DNA of 63,376 bases, the filler included, from Octopus bimaculoides (lineage: Eukaryota), in the NCBI RefSeq assembly GCF_001194135.2. It is 8 parts of 8 records of this genome, joined end to end, with 100 filler letters (N's around TTAATTAATTAA, not from the genome) between each part and the next. Parts side by side here need not be neighbours in the genome. Positions count along the whole stretch, not along the records: positions 49,851 to 60,446 come from NC_068992.1; positions 60,547 to 63,376 come from NC_068986.1; 6 more parts are not named here. The stretch is one strand, 5' to 3'. The notes beneath the pieces are model-generated. The model did not search any database and was not told the origin of the DNA. It saw only the letters and a program-made list of their open reading frames with translations. Position numbers and translations under genes: made by a program. Shown one piece after another: positions 59,447 through 63,376 of the stretch; position 1 is the first letter of the stretch, and every line of letters starts with the position of its first letter.

Positions 59447-59883
59447 TAGAAATATCTTGTTTTCCCTTGTAAATACCCACAATATATATTTATACATGTT
59501 GTTGTTGGCACTCCGTCGTTTACCACGTCGAGCGTTCCAGTTGATCCGATCAACGGAACAGCCTGCTCGTGAAATTAACGTGCAAGTGGCTGAGCGCTCC
59601 ACAGACACGTGTACCATTAACGTAGTTCTGGGGGATATTCAGCGTGACACATTGTGACAAGGCTGACCCTTTGAATTACAGGCACAACAGAAACAGGAAG
59701 TAAGAGTGAGAGAAAGTTGTGGTGAAAGAATACAGCAAGGTTCGCCACCATCCCCTGCCGGAGCCTCGTGGAGCTTTTAGGTGTTTTCGCTCAATAAACA
59801 CTCACAACGCCTGGTCTGGGAATCGAAACCACGATCCTATGACCGCGTGTCCGCTGCCCTAACCACTGGGCCATTGCGCCTCC
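59447..59883 (-). mobile_element. tRNA-derived SINE family D, well preserved
   Basis: Minus-strand head tggaggcgcaatggcccagtggttagggcagcggac...gtttcgattcccagacc has clear A and B boxes; the 3' end carries caacaacaac. Confidence 0.88.
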
Positions 59884-60715
59884 ACATACTTACATACATA
59901 CTTTGTCAGTCTGAATAAGCTTGGATTTTTCAGAAAACAGAAACCAACCAACTGATTCGTGAATAACAAATACAATCTGTAATCTGTAAGCTGAATAGTA
60001 AAACGATGCAAGACTTTTCTTAAAATTTGAAATTGTTTTCTTTATCTCCATTCCGGCAATGGAGTGTTGTATGTTTGTAAGAAACCAGCTCCTTCAATGA
60101 AAGAATTAAAATAATTAAAAACGGAAAGGAACATGTATATATGTATATATATGTGTATATATATATATAATCAAATTCTACCACCTCCTAGATTTCGATT
60201 ATCTCCCCTATACAGGAAGAAATCCCTAATTACCTCCCCCTATCTAGAACTCTTCTTTCTCAGACTGGAACGAACACGACACAATGAAGTAGAGAAATTT
60301 GAAAAGACAACACGAAACCGGTTATTTCTCAAAATACAATGTTTATATACCAAAAAGATTTTATAACATTTTTCTTACATAATTTAAATATATACTTTAA
60401 CCATGTAACACAAGCCTTCTGTAGTCTTTTCACTTATTATCTTATANNNNNNNNNNNNNNNNNNNNNNNNNNNNNNNNNNNNNNNNNNNNTTAATTAATT
60501 AANNNNNNNNNNNNNNNNNNNNNNNNNNNNNNNNNNNNNNNNNNNNATATACATATATATATATATATATATAAATATATGTACATACACACATACATAC
60601 ACACATAAGTATGTATTTGTGTGTATGTTATATGAATATGTATGTATGTGAAAGGATGTTTGTGAATATATATATTTGCAAATGTGTCAGGCTACATGTA
60701 TATGATTAGAGAAAT

Positions 60716-60753
<38 letters not shown>

Positions 60754-61454
60754 GGCAGATGGGAGAATGGGGTCAAAAGAAAGTGATAGAACAAGATAGC
60801 TAGATGGACAGATAGATAGAAAGAGAGAGACAGACAGACAGAGACAGAGAAGAATATATAGAATTATACAATTGCTGATACATGTAAAACATCACAGCAA
60901 ATACAGATTTGACACAGTCTGCAGGACTGGGTTCAATCCTCCATGACAGCAATGTATTTTCTATCCACTCCCCACCCCCACCAACACTCACCACAAGAAT
61001 TGATATATTCCTCTGGAATGGTATTGCTGTCAAATACAAATACGACAAACTACAGTTATCTCTTATTATGTCCATCAGATGCAGTCGAAAGTGGTGGCAT
61101 TGGACATGGTGTATTGCTGTGCTGCTTACATCTAGATTGCATATAATATGGTTGATGAAGCACTTTCGACCTCCTGACAGAAAAGGAATTTCATTAGAAA
61201 CACAGAAAAAAAAAGAGTAAAAACCAAAAAAGAGTAAAACAAAAGACAAAACAATAACTGACAGATTAGACAGCATGAAGATAACATAAGTCTCTATAAT
61301 TGTCTGTTTGTACAAATTGTACAGATTACCAGCTGTGCTTCCCTATATACAAATACATATATATATATATATATACACCCGCACATATGCATATGTGTGT
61401 GTGTGTGTGTGTGTATGTGTGTGTGTGTGTGTGTATCTATCTATCTATCTATCT

Positions 61455-61790
61455 ATCTATATCATCATCATTTAATGTCTGCTTTCCATGCTGGCATAGG
61501 TTGGGGGGGGGGGTTTGAGAGGAGCTGGCTAGGTAGAAGACTGCACCAAGCTTCACTCTCTGTTTTGGCATCGTTTTTATGACTGGATGCCCATTCTAAT
61601 ACTAACCACTCCACCGAGTGGACTGAGTGCTTTTTACGTGGAACAAGCACAGGCAAGGTCAGTTTTGGCATAGTTTTTACAGCTGGATGCCCTTCCAAAT
61701 GTCAAACACTTTACAGTATGGACTGGATGCTTTTTTTCATGGCATCAGCACAGCAGGGTCACCAAGTAACTTGCAAGACAAAAATCCTTT
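61455..61790 (-). mobile_element. Retroposon 3'-end family with a (GAT)n tail (also near 12235-12415 and 45890-46038)
   Basis: Shared catcatcat-ttaa(c/t)gtc...ttccatgct...ggatgcccttcc motif in all three copies. Confidence 0.65.
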
Positions 61791-61868
61791 GAGAGGAGAG
61801 GGGAATTGGAGGAGGTGATCTTGTGCCAGGTGTGACAGAGAGACAGACACAGATGTCTTGCAGTAGAG

Positions 61869-61869
<1 letters not shown>

Positions 61870-61958
<89 letters not shown>

Positions 61959-62018
61959 CAAGAAACAGGTGTGTTGTTGTAGAAGAGATACATGGTTAAC
62001 CAGTCAGAGGGAGAGAGT

Positions 62019-62073
<55 letters not shown>

Positions 62074-62090
62074 AGAGAGCAGGAGAGATG
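61870..62090. repeat. (AG)n microsatellites
   Basis: Direct reading: long AG arrays at about 61873-61956 and 62020-62088. Confidence 0.95.
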
Positions 62091-62534
62091 GCATGGAAGT
62101 GCCCACGCATGCTCACAAGGAATGGGGATCAGAATATAAATGGGATGGGAGAGAAGAGCAAGGGAGAGATAAGTGATGGCAAATTGGAAGGGCACACCCT
62201 CAAGAATATAAATGGTAGAGTATTGCCAAAGTGGATAAGTAGGGAGTAGAGACTTCACATGAATACAAAGAGTGTGTGTGTGTGGGGGGATACAGTGACT
62301 GGTAAAACCTGGGCATATAGAAGGGGTGGGGGACAGCAGGGTAGCAATGATGTAGTGAGCAGGGCAGTGAGGACAGAGTTGGGGAGCAAGAGATAAGCAA
62401 AAGCATAGTGCATGAAAAGAGGAAATGTGAGGAAGAGGAGAGATGTAGTTTGGTTTGTGTGAAAAAAGTTTTATTGTTGTTACATGTGGGTGGAAACCTC
62501 AGTGCTTCTAGAACTCAGTTTTGCTGAAGTGGGC

Positions 62535-62968
62535 AGGTGTTCTCAAGAACCTCATATCACCAGACATCTTGCTCCATTGCCGTCTTCTCCATGAGGCCCA
62601 ACATCCTGAGATTGGTCCGCCCCACTTTATCCCATATCTTCCTGGGTCTCCCTCTTCCACAGGTGCCAGCCACTTTCAGTGATTGGTACTTCTCTATTCA
62701 ACTGTCTTCATTCATATGCATCACAAGTCCAAACTAACATAGTTTTCTTTCTTGCATGTTACATCTAATTCCTCTTACACCCAAATTTTCTCTGATCACA
62801 TTTGCACTGTCATACATACACATTGATGTTGTACATCCAATGGAACATACTACCTTCATTCTTCTCTTGTCTACACATACTTTCTGCATTCAGAGCCCAG
62901 GTCTCACAACCATGGAGTACAGCCGTTTGTACACAAGCATCATGCAATCTACTTTTCACTCTGAGAGA
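62535..62968 (-). mobile_element. RTE-clade LINE 3' RT remnant
   Basis: The minus strand reads SLRVKSRLHDACVQTAVLHGCETWALN...IREKLGVRGIRCNMQERKL...GTCGRGRPRKIWD, matching the RTE motifs LYGSETW and GRGRPRKTW. Confidence 0.85.
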
Positions 62969-63376
62969 TTTGTTATTGTTTGTATTTGTATTGTATCGTT
63001 ATGTTTTTAAAAAATTTCAGCATCTTTTATATCATACAAATAAATTATTCATACATCCATCTTTCTCCATTTACTTTCTTTCAATCTTAATTATATGCAT
63101 CACTACAATAATCCCTAACATATTGCAGACACTTTTGCATTATATGATAGTGATTAACCAGTGGAATCCTTTGGTTTATATAATTCTTAATGTGGATCTA
63201 ACTTCCTCGATTTAACCATCCATCAGTCTGTCCGTCCGTCCGTCCGTCCGTCCGTCCGTCCGTCCATCCATCCATCCATCTATCTATATATATATATGTG
63301 TGTGTATATATATATATATATATATTTAGATGTATATATATATATATATATATCATCATCATCATCATCATCGTTT

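Noticed and set aside
59790-59883. tRNA-like sequence with A and B boxes (also near 3287, 28800, 36750)
   Set aside because: It continues into a SINE body and does not form a complete cloverleaf with an acceptor stem; a SINE head rather than a tRNA gene.

Overview
AT-rich, microsatellite- and SINE-saturated animal genomic DNA. The repeat families, simple-repeat load and gene sequences are most consistent with an octopus; this is an inference, since no search was run. The assembly is gappy. Two spliced housekeeping genes could be read by hand. (1) The last two coding exons of a GT43 glucuronosyltransferase (B3GAT3/GlcAT-I-like) on + (1847-2053, 4272-4373). (2) A complete 7-exon ataxin-3 gene on - (27381 to 11647, 372 aa) with an intact Josephin triad (C14/H121/N136), three UIMs and no polyQ tract. 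The most unusual element is a 3.4-kb intronless minus-strand coding block (46366-49750) that fills a whole contig. The five separate ORFs of the ORF track there join into one ~1,130-codon frame of about four tandem NHL-like beta-propeller modules, broken by two in-frame stops and two 1-nt frameshifts. Other points of interest: an RLE-type (R4/Dong-like) LINE with a twin-priming-style 5' inversion (53841-54430), degenerate Penelope-type hammerhead-like motifs in and near ATXN3, an apparent CpG-depletion boundary near the ATXN3 5' end, and a few orphan exon candidates. The rest is RTE LINE, Tc1/mariner, hAT-MITE and tRNA-SINE debris, microsatellites and assembly gaps.
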